DNA of 64,000 nt from assembly GCF_009914755.1 (NCBI RefSeq), contig NC_060929.1; one strand, written 5' to 3'. Position 1 is the first letter of the stretch, and each line of letters begins with the position of its first letter. Shown piece after piece: positions 1-13,002 of this stretch. The notes beneath the pieces are model-generated. The model had not been told where the DNA came from. It saw nothing but the letters and a program-made list of their open reading frames with translations, and searched no databases. Both the position numbers and the translations under genes were made by a program. Origin of the DNA: the human T2T-CHM13v2.0 reference genome, Homo sapiens.

Positions 1-379
1 AAATCTGAACCAATAAAAACTTCTAGAGTGAAATAATTCTTCAAGATTCTAATGTCATTTTTAAACTCAAAAATGGGTATATCTACAGTCCAGGAATATG
101 TGGATGATCTGTGTTTTAGAAAACTAAATTGTGTTCTTCCTCTTTATATAAAATAAGTGGTAATATTTTAATAACATGGACACATCAGTTGAGTTTGCGT
201 TGTTTCCCTGGAATTAAAAAAATTAGTCATTATATCAGTGTTTACAAATGAGCCCTAATGGTAAAAATAAAATATGTACGTAGTTTAATAGTGATGAGTT
301 AATTGCAGCTCATGAGATACTTTTTATACATATTTATAAAAGGAAGCATCTTCCATAATACAAAACAAAGCAGTTAGAA

Positions 380-1915
380 AAATTAATTGGAAAACGCAAC
401 CAATAAATGTTTGTCAAATAGGGAAAAGTTTTTGTGGTCAAGAAAACCACATAGATAAGAAAAGTGTTAACAAAATGCTGGGTAGAAGAAAGATAGATGA
501 ATTCATGGTAGCTCTGACTACCGCAATATAATATATACATGGAAATGTAAAGGACATAAACTAACCAAAGCAATCTTGAAAAGTAGAACAAAGCAGGAGG
601 ACTTAGCAATATCTGATTTCAAGGATTACTATACTATTGTAATCAAGAGAGTATGGTGCCACTGTAAAGCTCAATGAAATAGAATAGAGAATTCAGAAAT
701 AGACTATGAATATTCGGTCAATTGATTTTTGATTAAGCATTTTCAACAAATGCTACAGGAACAATTGGATATATATATAGGAAAAAAATTAACCTCAACT
801 CTTACCTCCTACCATACATAAAAATTAACTTGAATGGATTATAAACCTAAATGTAAATAATTAAAGCCATACAATTTATTTTTTTAAAAAAGCATAGAAA
901 AAAATCTTTATGACACTGGTATGGGAAAGATTTCTTGGAATTCGAAAAGCACAAGCCATAAAAGTAAAAATTGTTCATTGAATTTCATCAAAAGAATTAT
1001 TTCTGCTCTTAAATAGACACCATTAAAATATGAAATAACCAAGTCATAAGCTAAGAGGATATATTCACAATACATACATCTGATAAAAATCTTGTATTCA
1101 GGATATATTAAGAATTCTTAAAATTTAGGAATAAAAAGACAAACAGTTCAATTAAAATAAACAGGGAGAAGATTTAAACTGACATTTCACACACAAAAAT
1201 ATGAATGGCCAATAAACACATAAAAATATGTTTAAAATCATTAGTCATCAGTGAAATATAAGTTAAAACCATGAGATACCACTTCATACCCACTAAAATG
1301 GCTAATATTAAAAAGACTGAAAATCTTGGAAATGATGTGGAAGAACTAGAACTCTCATAAATTGCTGGTGGGAAAGTAAAAGTGGTGTAGCAAAACCAGC
1401 AGTTTCCTACAAAATGAAATGTACGCTTACCACACGACCCAGCAATTCCACTCAGAGATAGTTACTCAAAAGAAATAAAAACATGTTCTCATAAAAACTT
1501 GTCTGTAAATGTTTCTAGAAACTTCATTCAAAAAAGCCAATAATTAGAAATAACCCATATATACATCATATGAATAGACAACCTGCAGTATGTCTATACA
1601 CTGAAATATTGTACAGCCATCTAAAGGGCAACAACATGGAGGAAGCTCAAAAACCTTATACAGTTGAAAGAAGCCAGAAATATAATATTCCATTTATATG
1701 AGATTATAGAAAGAACAAAACTAATCTATAGTGAGTAAAAGCAAATCAGTGGTTACCTGGGGTTCTGTGGTCGTGTGTGTGTGTGTGTGTGTGTGTCGGT
1801 GTGTGTGTGTGTAGGGAGTGTGGTTGACTGGCAAGGTACACAGAGAATTTGGGGATTAATAAGAACATTCTATATTTTGCTGGTTATGGTGGTCCTATAG
1901 ATCTATGCATTGAAT
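380..1915 (+). mobile_element. Old L1 (L1MC/MD/ME-type): ORF2 3' portion plus 3' UTR, decayed
   Basis: L1 ORF2 C-terminal motifs (caaagcaatcttgaaaag, accatgagataccacttcatacccac, gacccagcaattccactc) followed by old-type 3' UTR; many stops and frameshifts; left boundary approximate. Confidence 0.85.
1773..1812. repeat. (GT)n microsatellite, (GT)12-CG-(GT)7
   Basis: Read directly. Confidence 0.95.
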
Positions 1916-2575
1916 ATGTGAAGAAGGAAAACCCATCTTAGAGTTATGACTGAAAATCTTTTGACCAAACTAGCAAAATTTAACTATACAGAGAAAGTTC
2001 AGCTAAATGACCTGTGTGTGCGTCTACTTGGAAGGAGCATCCAAGTTCCACTGTCTCAACAAGAAACTGATCCACTGATTATCCAGATCTTGTGGCTTAT
2101 TTTGGCTAAGGAGGTGTTCTTTTTCTTTTTGGCCTGGTAATGTGTCTCTAACCCTAGGAATATGTTAACATTATATTCTTAAAACCTTTGGAAAATATCA
2201 AAATTAACATAACTAAAATGCCAGTCTCATATAGAAACTAACATATAAAAAAGAAGCGACTTTAAACCCATAGTGTTGGTGTTTTAGAATAAATTTATAT
2301 ATAACTGTATTCATTTGTGCATATTTGTCTGATTTTTAAAATATTTAATTTATGCAAACTATTCAGCAATACCAGTATTTTAGTTGTTTAAACTGTTTCA
2401 GGAAATTTAATTGATTAAATTTGTCATTAATGACCAGATGCTTCAGGAAAAGTTTCTAAAGTTTTTATCTGATGTAAGAATTTAATAATTCTTCCACTCA
2501 AAGTGTTATGTGGTTAAATGTCTTTACATCTTTATACAAGGTACACAAAACCATCTTGCCGTAATTAAAGAACTA

Positions 2576-2994
2576 CGGTTGACTCTTGAATAGTCTTGAA
2601 GTATGCAGGTATACTTATACAACACTTTTCTTTCGGCTCTGCCACCACTCCTCTTCCTCTTCCTCCTCAGCCTGCTCAACATGAAGACTACAAGAATGAA
2701 GACCTTTATAATGGTCCATTTCCATTTAATGAGTAGTAAATATATTTTCTCTTCCTTATTGTTTTCTTAATAACATTCTCTTTCCTCTAGCTTACCTTAT
2801 TGTAAGAATACAGTATATAATACACATAACACACAAAATATATGTTCACTAACTGTTTATGTTATCAGTAAGGCTTCCAGTCAACAGTAGGATATTCATA
2901 GTTAAGTTTTGGGGAAGTCGAAAGTTATATGTGAATTTTTGGCTGCATAGTGGGAGGCAGTACCTCTAACCTCTGCATTGTCAAGGGTCAACTG
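2576..2994. mobile_element. Tigger2-derived non-autonomous DNA transposon (Tigger2a/MER28-like)
   Basis: TIRs cggttgactcttga ... tcaagggtcaactg; TA target duplication at 2574-2575 and 2995-2996; typical internal cctcctcagcct..aatgaagaccttta. Confidence 0.85.
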
Positions 2995-3221
2995 TACTAT
3001 ACGCGGCTCCCCATGAAGCATCAAAGAATCTGGGATCCAGCATTTTCCTAGGAAAGGACTTGTCATTTGCATAGTTAGGCTCATCTCAATTTCAAGGAAC
3101 AGAAAAGGTTTAGGCAAATAAAGAAATAAATTATGGGCAGCGTCTCAGCAGCCACATGCTTTTAAGCACTTCTGAGGCTGAAATATATAGCCATGACTTG
3201 ACCAAGAATTGTGGGCACCCT

Positions 3222-3622
3222 GTTGTCATAGTTTGGGTTTACCCCAAACACAAAGCCTGAGCAGAAATTCAGGTGCAATGATTTACAAAAGACCAATAAG
3301 GGAGTGGGGAAGCAGGATAGGAAAGGGGAAGAAGCTAAGTAAGTGATTTTAGCCTAATCTCAAGGGCATCACAAGCTTGAGATGAAGGAACTGGACTTAT
3401 ATCCCACCCCGGTACATGTAGGCTACAAGCCACCCTGGAAGGACAAAGGTCGAGGGAGGCTTGAGAAGAAAAGAATGGGAAATTTCAGAAGAATGGCAGC
3501 TCCAGTGGCTCCAGTGGCCAAGGGCAGTTGTAAGTGACAGTTGTTAGGGACAAAGCCCAGCAGTTTGAGGGATGCACTCACAGAGCTAGTGATCCGGGTG
3601 GGATGGCAACACTGCCCACTGC
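3222..3622 (-). mobile_element. Ancient MaLR/ERVL LTR (MLT1I-like)
   Basis: tgtcatagtttgggtttaccccaaa..agcctgag start and ggggaagaag..gggatgc..ccactgca end resemble old MLT1-class LTRs. Confidence 0.55.
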
Positions 3623-4149
3623 ACTCGTGCGGTCTAATAATGTCAACCCTTCAACCCAATATTCTCCAATACCAGGAGACATGCTAAGAATTACTTGGAA
3701 AAAAAGATAGAAAGGACAGACTTGAGTGGCAGGGCTTAATCAATTTTCCAAAGAAAACCAATTTTCCAAAGAAATTCAAGTTTGACTCCAAAATGCAAAA
3801 TTCATCCAGGAAAGAGAAACATCCCCCAAATAAAAGCCTATAGATAAGAGATTTTTCCTTCTTCAACGTGAGTTTAGGAATTATGTGAATACAATGTCTA
3901 AGAGACATTGATATCCCTTGAGATGGATCTCCCCGTACCTTAAAAACCTTTTTCAAGAATTCCTTTCAACCAAATATAATACTCTTTCTGAGAGAAGTTC
4001 TAGCGAGTACATCTTGTTACAGTTTTAGGGCTGTTTTAGCATCCCTTATAGATTGGTGCCACAGGCAACTACCCAGTGGGCCCCCTTTCATACAACTCAA
4101 TATAGCAAACCTAAAAGTGGATTAGAACAGTGGGACATCATCTATTGGC

Positions 4150-4482
4150 TGTCCATATACCTAACTTCATCACCTCCTTCAAGTGTTTGCTCAAACATCT
4201 TCTTAGTATGACCTGCTCTGAATACTCTGTTTAAAATTGCAAGCCCCCACCTATCAGCATTATGAATTCTCTTGATCCCCACTTACCAAACTCTACCTTT
4301 CTTATCCATAGAATACTTACCACCTTCTAAGTGATAGTGCTATTAATCTATTATATCAATATCTTATTGTCTGTTCCTGTCCCCATTAAAAAGAAACTAC
4401 ATGAAGTTAGGGCTTCATTTATTATGTATTTCAAGCATCTGGAACAGTGTCCAGCGCACAGTCAGTGCTCAAAAAATATTTA
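4150..4482 (+). mobile_element. L2 3' end
   Basis: cacctccttcaagtgtttgctcaaac ... gaacagtgtccagcgcacagtcagtgctcaaaaaatattt matches the L2 terminus. Confidence 0.8.
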
Positions 4483-5329
4483 CTACTTTAGTAATCCTAC
4501 AGTTTAAGTGACTCAGATAACCTGTTGTTCTCTAAGAAGCATGAGCCCTTTGTTCCCAGTGTTGGTGATTCAACCATTCTCATAATTTAGCCACAGCTCA
4601 TGGCTGAATAGGTGTGATCAGTTATCATTGATTTGAAACATCTCTAGGGGATATGCTTCTCAAGACAAACCAACGGTTTCCTATGTGTGTGCTTAAATGG
4701 TGTTTCCTAAGGTATAGATCCATGCACCAATCAACTGTGGCCACCATAACAGGACTACAGGACATGACACATAACAACTTTTGCAGAACAAATGTCCTGT
4801 GGTGACCTTTTCCCATGCCACAGGGTCTGTGGGTATAGACTGGTGTAGTATGAACTGGCCAATGCCGTTTAAGCTAGTCATGAGCCCTTTTCCATTGTGC
4901 TGAATTTTTGCAACAATTCATTTTCTTTTCCATCTAAATGAGGTCAGTGGGAAAAGTTCATACTTGGGCTGCTCCTGAAATGTTCATTTTAAAATAAATA
5001 TGTATGTAAATATATGTGGATATTAACTGATGACTTCAGGGCTTTGGCCCTCTGTCAATTGACTCTCAATGTTACCTGTTTCAGAAACCCTTAAGAAAAG
5101 TCATATCTTATGACAGAGTTGCTGGCAAGGAAAACAGCCCAGAAGAGAGGTTTGGAGTTTAGTAGAAAACTGCAATTGTATCTAAGTAAACATGTTTATA
5201 GATTACTGTCTAAATGTGGGATTAAAAAGTGATGTGGATATAGTAATTCCTTTGACTTCCACAAGTCCATAAAAATTAGAAAGGAATAAAATAAAATTTA
5301 ATGTTGTGGAAAGAACTGTATACCAGTAT

Positions 5330-5470
5330 TCTCACTTAGCTCTGTCTCTAAGAAATTATGCAACACTGGCTAAATAATTTAACCTCTCCAGGACCCCATT
5401 CACACATCTTTAAAACAATAGGGCTGGAAGAGAGAGCCTCTAAGGCTTGCCAGTCATGACCACTTAGAAT
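5330..5470 (+). mobile_element. MIR-family SINE fragment
   Basis: Core taatttaacctctccaggaccccatt..catctttaaaac. Confidence 0.6.
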
Positions 5471-6274
5471 TCTGGATTCAAAGTACTTGGGCAAACAGTC
5501 TGCTAAACTCCCCCAAATCCATCACCTACTCAGTAAGTACATTTTCCACAGATAGCATTTTGAAACCACTACACACATTTTACATTTTAAAAGCTCTATT
5601 CATGCAGAAACTAAAGAAATAATATTTACAAAATCAATTTCTGTTATTATCTGGCATTGTTTTATGCCATGTAGACTATTTTAACCACTTAAGAAAGATA
5701 CTCTTTTATCCATAAAATATTAGATGTGGTACTAATCCATTGTAAACTAAATGCAGGCCATTTAGTTTACACAGGGCCACAGATAATCCTGCAAGTACAA
5801 GGTTACTGCATTATGCTGAGAGAAATAGATTATACAGCACAGTGCACTGCCTGTATGATTAGGTCATAAAATTCATGAGTTTTGTATTGCTTTGCAACAA
5901 GAATTGTTAGTCTTTTAACTAGAATCCTGCCATGTGCACCCTATAGTGCTGCAGACTTTGTTCAGTGGCTACTGTTCAACTGTCCTTTGCCCATGATATC
6001 AGTAAAACATACAGAAGTTTATCTACTATTTATTTAGTAAAATGGTTCATTCTTTTGGTTTCTCTCTGGGACTAGACTGAGTATGCCATCAGAGAACTCA
6101 TAACTCTTGTATCCTGATAATACAGCAGTTTGTCTCCAACCCTAAATCAGCTGTAGAATGATAGAACACAAACTTGGTGTCCAGCTTGTCTAAATCCATC
6201 ATTTAACACCTGGGCAACCTTTTAGATGAAGTGACAAGTTATAATGTCATTTTTTAAAAGCCTACAGAAATAGT

Positions 6275-6507
6275 AACAAGTATTAATACAGCCCTTATAT
6301 GTGCCAAGCACTGTTTTAAGGGTTGTACATGTACTAATTTACTTAGTCCGTTCTTCAACCTGATAGTTAACAATCCTGAGGGGCGTGCTATTTATATCCT
6401 GTTTTACATATGTGGAAACTGAAGAAAGAGGTGCTAAGTAACCTGGTTAAGAACACACAGCTAGTATGTGAAAGGGCCAGTATTTGAACCCAAACAGTTT
6501 GTCTCCA
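6275..6507 (-). mobile_element. MIR
   Basis: tatgtgccaagcactgttttaag..ttttacatatgtggaaactga..aagtaacctgg..tttgaaccca. Confidence 0.8.
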
Positions 6508-7126
6508 CATATAAACATATATGTATGTATTAGAAGAGAAATAGACTCCCAGTAAATAAAAGGCTTTTTACTAGAATTTAAACACACAAATATTCGCATT
6601 TCACTCATTTGCACTTCTACACCAAAAATAACAATCTGCTTTCATGGGTGAGTTTTCTTTTGTTGAATCATGAACATTATGCTGGAGAATTACGGTGGGT
6701 CTGAACTTATTACCAGCATGGCACACTGGGAACTCAGTTTGGATTTACAACATGCTCATCACACGTCATGTCAAATAGAAGCATTGACAGCTAACTTTCT
6801 GGCTTTTAGTAAGACTAATTATATAGGTTTAGTCTGCTCTAGGATTCAGTGAATGAATTTAACATAAGAAATATGCTATTTGGCACAAAGTAAGTAGATT
6901 TAAATTTGTATCATGATTCAAAGGAATGAGGAGAAAGAAAGCAAATCCTGAACCTCTTTATAAAATTTTAAGGAAGGAATAATTAAGAAGCAAAATTAAG
7001 CTAGTAGAATCTCTTTTATACAAGCTGACCTTCAGAATAAAGTCAGCTTAAATTATTTTGCCCTCTACCAAGGGTGAGTTTCTCCTTAATTCTTTTCCCT
7101 TTAAATATCTTCACAGTGATGGTTGT

Positions 7127-7548
7127 TGTAACGGTTAATTTTATGTGTCAAATTGACTGGGCCATGAGATGCCCTGATATCTGATTAGACATTATTTCTG
7201 GGTATGTCTGTGAGGGTGTTTCTGAAAGAGATTAGCATTTGGACTGATGGACTGAGTAAATCAGGTGGCCCTCCCCAACCAGTTGAGGAGCTAAACAGAG
7301 TAAAAAGGTGGAGGAAGGGTGATTTACTCTCTCTCTGCCTGACTGAGCTGGAACACGAATCTTTGGCCCTTAGCGTTCCTGGTTCTCGGACCTTCAGACT
7401 CCAACTGGAATCTATACTACCAACTTTCTGGCTCTCAGGCCTTTGAAATACACCACCAGCTTTCCTAGGTCTCCAGCTTGCAGATACCAAATTTTTGGAC
7501 TTCTCAGCCTCCATGGTCACATGAGCCAATTCTTTGTAATCTGTCTCT

Positions 7549-7600
<52 letters not shown>

Positions 7601-7698
7601 GGAACATATATATTTATTTATATTTATGGAATAGATAAATATGGAATAGATGTATATCTCTCCTATTGGTTTTGTTTCTTTGGAGAACCCTAATAAAT
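7127..7698 (+). mobile_element. MLT2 (HERV-L) solo LTR, MLT2B/D-like
   Basis: tgtaacggttaattttatgtgtcaaattgactgggcca start; cctattggttttgtttctttggagaaccctaa end. Confidence 0.9.
7552..7600. repeat. (TC)n(AT)10 compound microsatellite inside MLT2
   Basis: Read directly. Confidence 0.95.
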
Positions 7699-7770
7699 TT
7701 GCCATTGTTCTTAGAGATTTTTATCATTTCTAGTAAGCGTAGGTACTTTACATACATTGCTTCTTATTTC

Positions 7771-8072
7771 TTTTTTTTTTTCTTTTTTTTGAGATGGAGT
7801 CTTGCTCTGTTGCCCAGGTTGGAGTAGAGTGGCGCTATCTCCGCTGACTGCAAGCTCCACCTCCCGGATTCACACCATTCTCCTGCCTCAGCCTCCTGAG
7901 TAGCTGGGAATACAGGTACCTGCCACCACACCTGGCTAATGTTTTTGTATTTTTAGTAGAGACAGGGTTTCACCGTGTTAGCCAGGATGGTCTCGATCTC
8001 CTGACCTCGTGATCCGCCCGCCTCGGCCCCCCAAAGTGCTGGGATAACAGGCGTAAGCCACCGCACCCGGCC
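7771..8072 (-). mobile_element. AluY, full length, inserted in a MIR
   Basis: Diagnostic ctgcaagctcc, accgtgttagccaggatggtctcgatctcctgacctcgtga; 16-bp TSD cattgcttcttatttc at 7755-7770 and 8073-8088. Confidence 0.95.
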
Positions 8073-8200
8073 CATTGCTTCTTATTTCTAATCCTTACTA
8101 TGATACCGCAAATTATTGCTATCCCCATTTTCAGTGTAAGAACTCGAGGTTCTAAGACAAAGTAACTTGCCTAAGGTTATACCACCATTCTTCAGGATGG
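8073..8200 (-). mobile_element. MIR (continuation, split by the AluY)
   Basis: tatccccattttcag..gaggttctaagacaaagtaacttgcctaaggt. Confidence 0.7.
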
Positions 8201-8234
8201 CAGAGTTTATCATTATTAATATCCAAACCTAACT

Positions 8235-8966
8235 GCACAATGAGGTATCACCTCATACTCATCAGGGTGCCCACTATTTAAAAAAGAAGAAGAAAAGAAG
8301 TATTGGTGACAATACGGAGAAACTGGAAACCTTGTGCACTGTTGGTAGGAACGTGAAATCGTGCAGCCACTATAGGAGATTAAATGGCAGTTTCTAAAAT
8401 AATTAAAAATAGAATTACCATATGATCCAACAATTTCACTTATGGGTATACACCCAAAAGAATTAAAAGCAGGGCTCAAAGAGCTGTTTGTATATTCCTG
8501 TCCGTTATAGCACTATCATGATAGCTGAAAGGTAAAAGCAGTTAGTGTCCACTGATAGATTAATGGATAAACAAAATGCGGCATATACAAACAATAGAAT
8601 ATAAATTTAGCCTTAAAAAGGAAAAAAAATTCTGACACATGCTACAACATGAGTGGACCTTAGGGTCACTACACTAGGTGAAATAAGCCAGTCACAAAAA
8701 GAAAATGCTGTATATATGATTCCACTTTCCTGAGATACTTAGAGTAGTCAAATTTATAGACATAGAGTAAAATGGTGCTTGCCAAGGGCTGGTGGGGGAA
8801 GGAATGGGAAGCTGTCGAATGGGTATAGAATTTCAGTTTTACAAAAAGAAGAGAGCTCTGCAGAAGATTTGCACAACAATGTAAATGTACTTAACACTAC
8901 AGAGCTGTACAGTTGATAAAGGTTAAGATGGTAAATTTTGTGTATATTTTACCACAATTAAAAATT
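8235..8966 (+). mobile_element. L1MB-type 3' end
   Basis: cacaatgaggtatcacctcatac; atagaattaccatatgatccaacaatt; ends ggttaagatggtaaattttgtgtatattttaccacaatt. Confidence 0.9.
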
Positions 8967-8979
8967 AGAAAGAAAACTA

Positions 8980-9640
8980 ACTTTACTCAGAATGCATTAC
9001 ATGTGTCAAGCCGTGACACTGGCCATTTAATCCTTACAGTAATCCCATAAGGTAGGTATTATTATTCCTTTTCTACTGGTGAGGGTTGTGGTAGGCTGAA
9101 TAATGACTCATAAAGATGTCAGTGTTCAAATCCTCAGAGCCTGTGAATATGCGCACTTTATAGATGTGATTAGCTAAGGACCTTGAGATGGGGAGACTAA
9201 ACTGGATTTCCTGAGTGGGCCCAATGTAATCAGAAGTGTCCATATAAGAGGGAAATAGGAAAGATTTGATCATAAGAGAGGAGTCTGAGAGTGATGCAGC
9301 GTGAGAAAGACTTAACTAGTCACAGCTAGCCTTGAAGATGGCAAAAGGGGCCACAAACCAAGGAAAGCCTATGGTAGGAAAGTCAAGGAAATGAATTCTC
9401 CCCTAGTTTCTCCAGAAGAAACACAGCCCTGCTTATTTATTTTAGGACTTTCAGTCTCCAGAACTGCAAGATGATAAATCTGTGTTGTTTTAAGTCACCA
9501 AGTTTATTATAATTTTACAGCAGCAATAGGAAACTAATTCAAGAGCTTCTATAACATGTTCAATATCATATAATTACTAAATTTTACACTTAAGATGCCA
9601 ATTCAGATCTATCCAACTACAGAAGCTTGAGTTCTCAACC
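8980..9640 (-). mobile_element. MIR split by MLT1D (segments ~8980-9086 and ~9542-9640)
   Basis: catttaatccttacagtaatcccataaggtaggtattattattcc. Confidence 0.65.
9087..9541 (+). mobile_element. MLT1D-like MaLR solo LTR
   Basis: tgtggtaggctgaataatg..aaagatgtc start; cagcagcaataggaaactaattca end. Confidence 0.88.
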
Positions 9641-10099
9641 AGTGAGTCTATGACAGAGTCAGTCAAATGAACTGCGTGGTACAATGAAATAAGAATGTGT
9701 TCATACCAATCATATGGTGATATCCGCCTTACACTTACTCATATATACATTCCTCTTCTTAAGAGTTCTCAGAATGTTTGACACTAACTTTTCAATTATT
9801 TGAAATTGATGTTAAGTAGCACCCACTGGGTAGAAGACTGAAATATAAAAATTAATATTTCTGCCAAATGTCATCTATACAAAAATTTTAACTGAAAATA
9901 GATTACTTTCTTATTGGAATATTTTTCTGGAAATAATTGCTTGAATTAAAGATAGGAAAAAATATCTGACAAAGAGGAGTTGCAAACATACCCTAATACT
10001 GCAAAAAAGTCAGATTGTCATCACCCTGAGAGATTTTCACTTATAACTTTAAAGCATCATTATTGTTTTCATTATTACATAACAATGTTCCCTGTTTCC

Positions 10100-10290
10100 T
10101 AATTTTTTCACTGAGGTATTATTGCATATAGTAATAGATCCTAAGTTTACAATCTGATGAATTTTGACTTAGATAGCCAATATCCCAGTCTAGATAGAAC
10201 ATTTTCATCATCAAATGATAACAAGGAAAGAGGCACCCTCTTCTCATGCCCCTTTCCAGTTTTGATCTTCAGGAAACTATTTATGATCAG
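10100..10290 (-). mobile_element. Old L1 (L1ME-like) 3' UTR fragment
   Basis: tgaggtattattgcatatagtaa..gatgaattttgac..atagaacattttcatca..tcatgccccttt. Confidence 0.6.
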
Positions 10291-10580
10291 ATTGTAAGCA
10301 ACCCATTTCTTACCCCCTAAGCCATAATTCCGCTATGCCCATAACTGATCATGCACATATTTGGAATAGAAATTAGGGTTATATTATATATGGTACACAA
10401 AGGGAATACTTATTCACCTTTCAATATGTCATTTCATGCTCTCCATAGTTCAGCCCCTACCTGCCTCCATAATTTTGGTCCCCTCCTTTGAGTTTTCTTC
10501 TTCAATTGTATGCTCCTATGCCCAGCATAACCTCCTCCCCTCCCTATAAATCTACATAATACCTATTCCTCTTTTAATAT

Positions 10581-11289
10581 TGAAACTGCCTTTGCAAAAT
10601 TATGACAGTAAGAGAAATCTGACATAGTTAACTCCATCTTGCTTCTAACCTCCAAGCTGTCCTTGGTCATTCCTGGGTGTGGGCCAAACTCACTTTGGGA
10701 GGAATTTAGCCTATAGTTTAACCTTAAAGCAAGGATGATAATAGCTCTTCCCAAAATTAAACCACCTTTGTAAAACTAGTGAAAGGCCAGAAGGTTAGAA
10801 TTATGAAAGGAGCCTTAGTGCTGCTAAGATATACTTAAACACTAACCAGCCATTTCTCTGGAGGTCACAAGACTTGTAACCTCCCCCAGTTACTCCTGTA
10901 GATAATATCACTATTGTAGAACCTAAAATTGGCCTTTTAAGATTTTTTTTTCAGACTTTTGCATTTCTAATGACCAGCTGACTCAAGACTCACATAGTCC
11001 TGTGGCCCCCACTGAGAGGTTGACTCAGTGCACCAGGATCATTTTCCACACCCCTATTATTTCATCCCCAACCAATAAGCATTCTCCATTCTCTAGCCAC
11101 CTGCCCACCAAACTATTCTTGAAAAAACCCTAACCTCTGGGCCTTTCAGGAGACTGATTTAAGTAATAACTCTATCTTCCACATGGTTGGCTTCACGTCC
11201 ATTAAACACTTTCTTTACTGCAATACCACAGTCTCAGTGAACTGGTTTTGTCTGTGCAGTGGACAGGAAGAATCCATCAGGTGATTACA
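10581..11289 (+). mobile_element. ERV1 solo LTR, LTR8-family (MER4 group), inside an L2 remnant
   Basis: tgaaactgcctttgcaaaattatgacag..actccatcttgcttctaacc start; gtgcagtggacaggaagaatccatcaggtgattaca end. Confidence 0.88.
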
Positions 11290-12414
11290 GTGACAATTCA
11301 AGGGCTACTTCTTTATTGAAACGTTTCCTGAAGTCTTCCCCAATCGATGAAGAATTACCTCCTCCTTTTTGTCCCCAGTGTGTCTTAATCACTATGCTCA
11401 AATAAAATCCAATATTGCATTTCTTTATACGTGTTAGGCCATAAAAGAGGGTTGCAAATCAAATGCCTTCATGACCGAGAGAGGCATAAGTGAGTGAAGC
11501 AGCTAGAATTAATATAATATGGAATGGTGAGAGTGTAGCAAAGTAGAAAGTGCATACCACTACCTATAGCATGCAAATAAATTTATTTTAGAACAAACAA
11601 AAACTGAAAAGTCTGGGAGCGAAAAACTTATGACACTATCTTTTTTAAATGTAAGCCACTAAAGTTGGTGTATACTCTTCAAGATGGAAGGGGACAAATA
11701 CTAGTGACCAGCCAAGGTTTAAAGAAGTCTGTATGTTGAAGAGTTTCCCAGCTCAATCCCAGTCTAGCCCACTCTATTGCTTGTGAGAGTAAACCACAAC
11801 TAATTGCCTTTACTTAAAGTTCTAAGTATTATCCGAGAAAACAGGAAACAATTTTCATCCCAATACCTAATTATGCACAGATTAATTTTACTTTCATAGA
11901 GAAAGTCAAAGATATGATTTCTCAAAAATGCAATATTACTCTGTTTGACATCATACAACAGCTTTTTCTCATTAAGCATTAAACTTGGGATTTTAAAGTA
12001 TCTACAACATGTTCACATTTTATAGGCAACTATTGTATATCCTGTGTTTAATTGGGATCTAAATTTATGACATATTGTCAGATAATTTCCTCACTAGTGC
12101 CCACAAATAGTCTCTTACAATGTTTATTCGTTTTGACAGCATTGCTTTCTTGGATCTTTTTACTTTCTTTGTAAGGGGTCTTGCTTCAAACTACATTTTA
12201 TGAAGTATGTGCTAAGAAAGAAACACAAGCCAAAAGTTTGAGCAATGCCACTAGTTAGATGTTGCATTGAGGAAATCAAGTCTCAGAACTTCCAAGGGAA
12301 ATGTGGAATGAAGAACAAACTGTTTTGGTAAACTCTCTTTAATCCTCTAAAAGAGTGATTTTTGTTAGAATTTTAGATGATGCTGATGTCATCTGAAACA
12401 TCTACTTAGGTAGG

Positions 12415-12627
12415 CAACACAGTGCAGATATTAATGTAACAGACTCTGAAGTCAGAGGCCTCAGGTCAAATCCAAGGTCACTTAATCACTTGATTCTCAG
12501 TTCCTCATCTATAAATTTGAATTTATCACCAAAACTATGATAGGAATACTAGCTACCTGTTAGGCATGTTAAAAAGTGCAAGTAACATAATTTGCAAAGT
12601 GCTTAGCATCACTTGACACATGGTAGG
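12415..12627 (+). mobile_element. MIR
   Basis: cagactctgaagtcaga..ctcagttcctcatctataaa..aagtgcttagca. Confidence 0.75.
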
Positions 12628-13002
12628 TGATATGGTTAGGCTTTGTGTCCCCACCCAAATCTCATCTTGAATTGTAATCCCCATAATCCACATATGTCAA
12701 GGGACAGACCAGGTGGAGATAATTGAATCGTGAGGGCAGTTTCCCCCATGCTGTCCTCATGATAGTGAGTGAGTTCTCACAAGATCTGATGGTTTTATAA
12801 GGGGCTCTTCCCCCTTTGCTCAGCACTTCTCCTTCCTGCTGCCTTGTGAAGAAGGTGCCTTGCTTCCTCTTTGCGTTCTGCCATGATTGTAAGTTTCCTA
12901 AGATATCCCCAGTCTTGCTGAACTGTGTGTCAAACCTCTTTTCTTTATAAATTACCCAGTCTCAGGCTGTTCTTTATAGCAGTATGAAAATGGAGTAATA
13001 CA
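12628..13002 (+). mobile_element. THE1D-like MaLR solo LTR
   Basis: tgatatggttaggctttgtgtccccacccaaatctcatc ... gagtaataca; perfect 5-bp TSD gtagg at 12623-12627 and 13003-13007. Confidence 0.93.

Noticed and set aside
3741-3774. Short tandem duplications (also near 26290, 26946, 42600, 46903)
   Set aside because: Simple slippage duplications of 8-16 bp; background events
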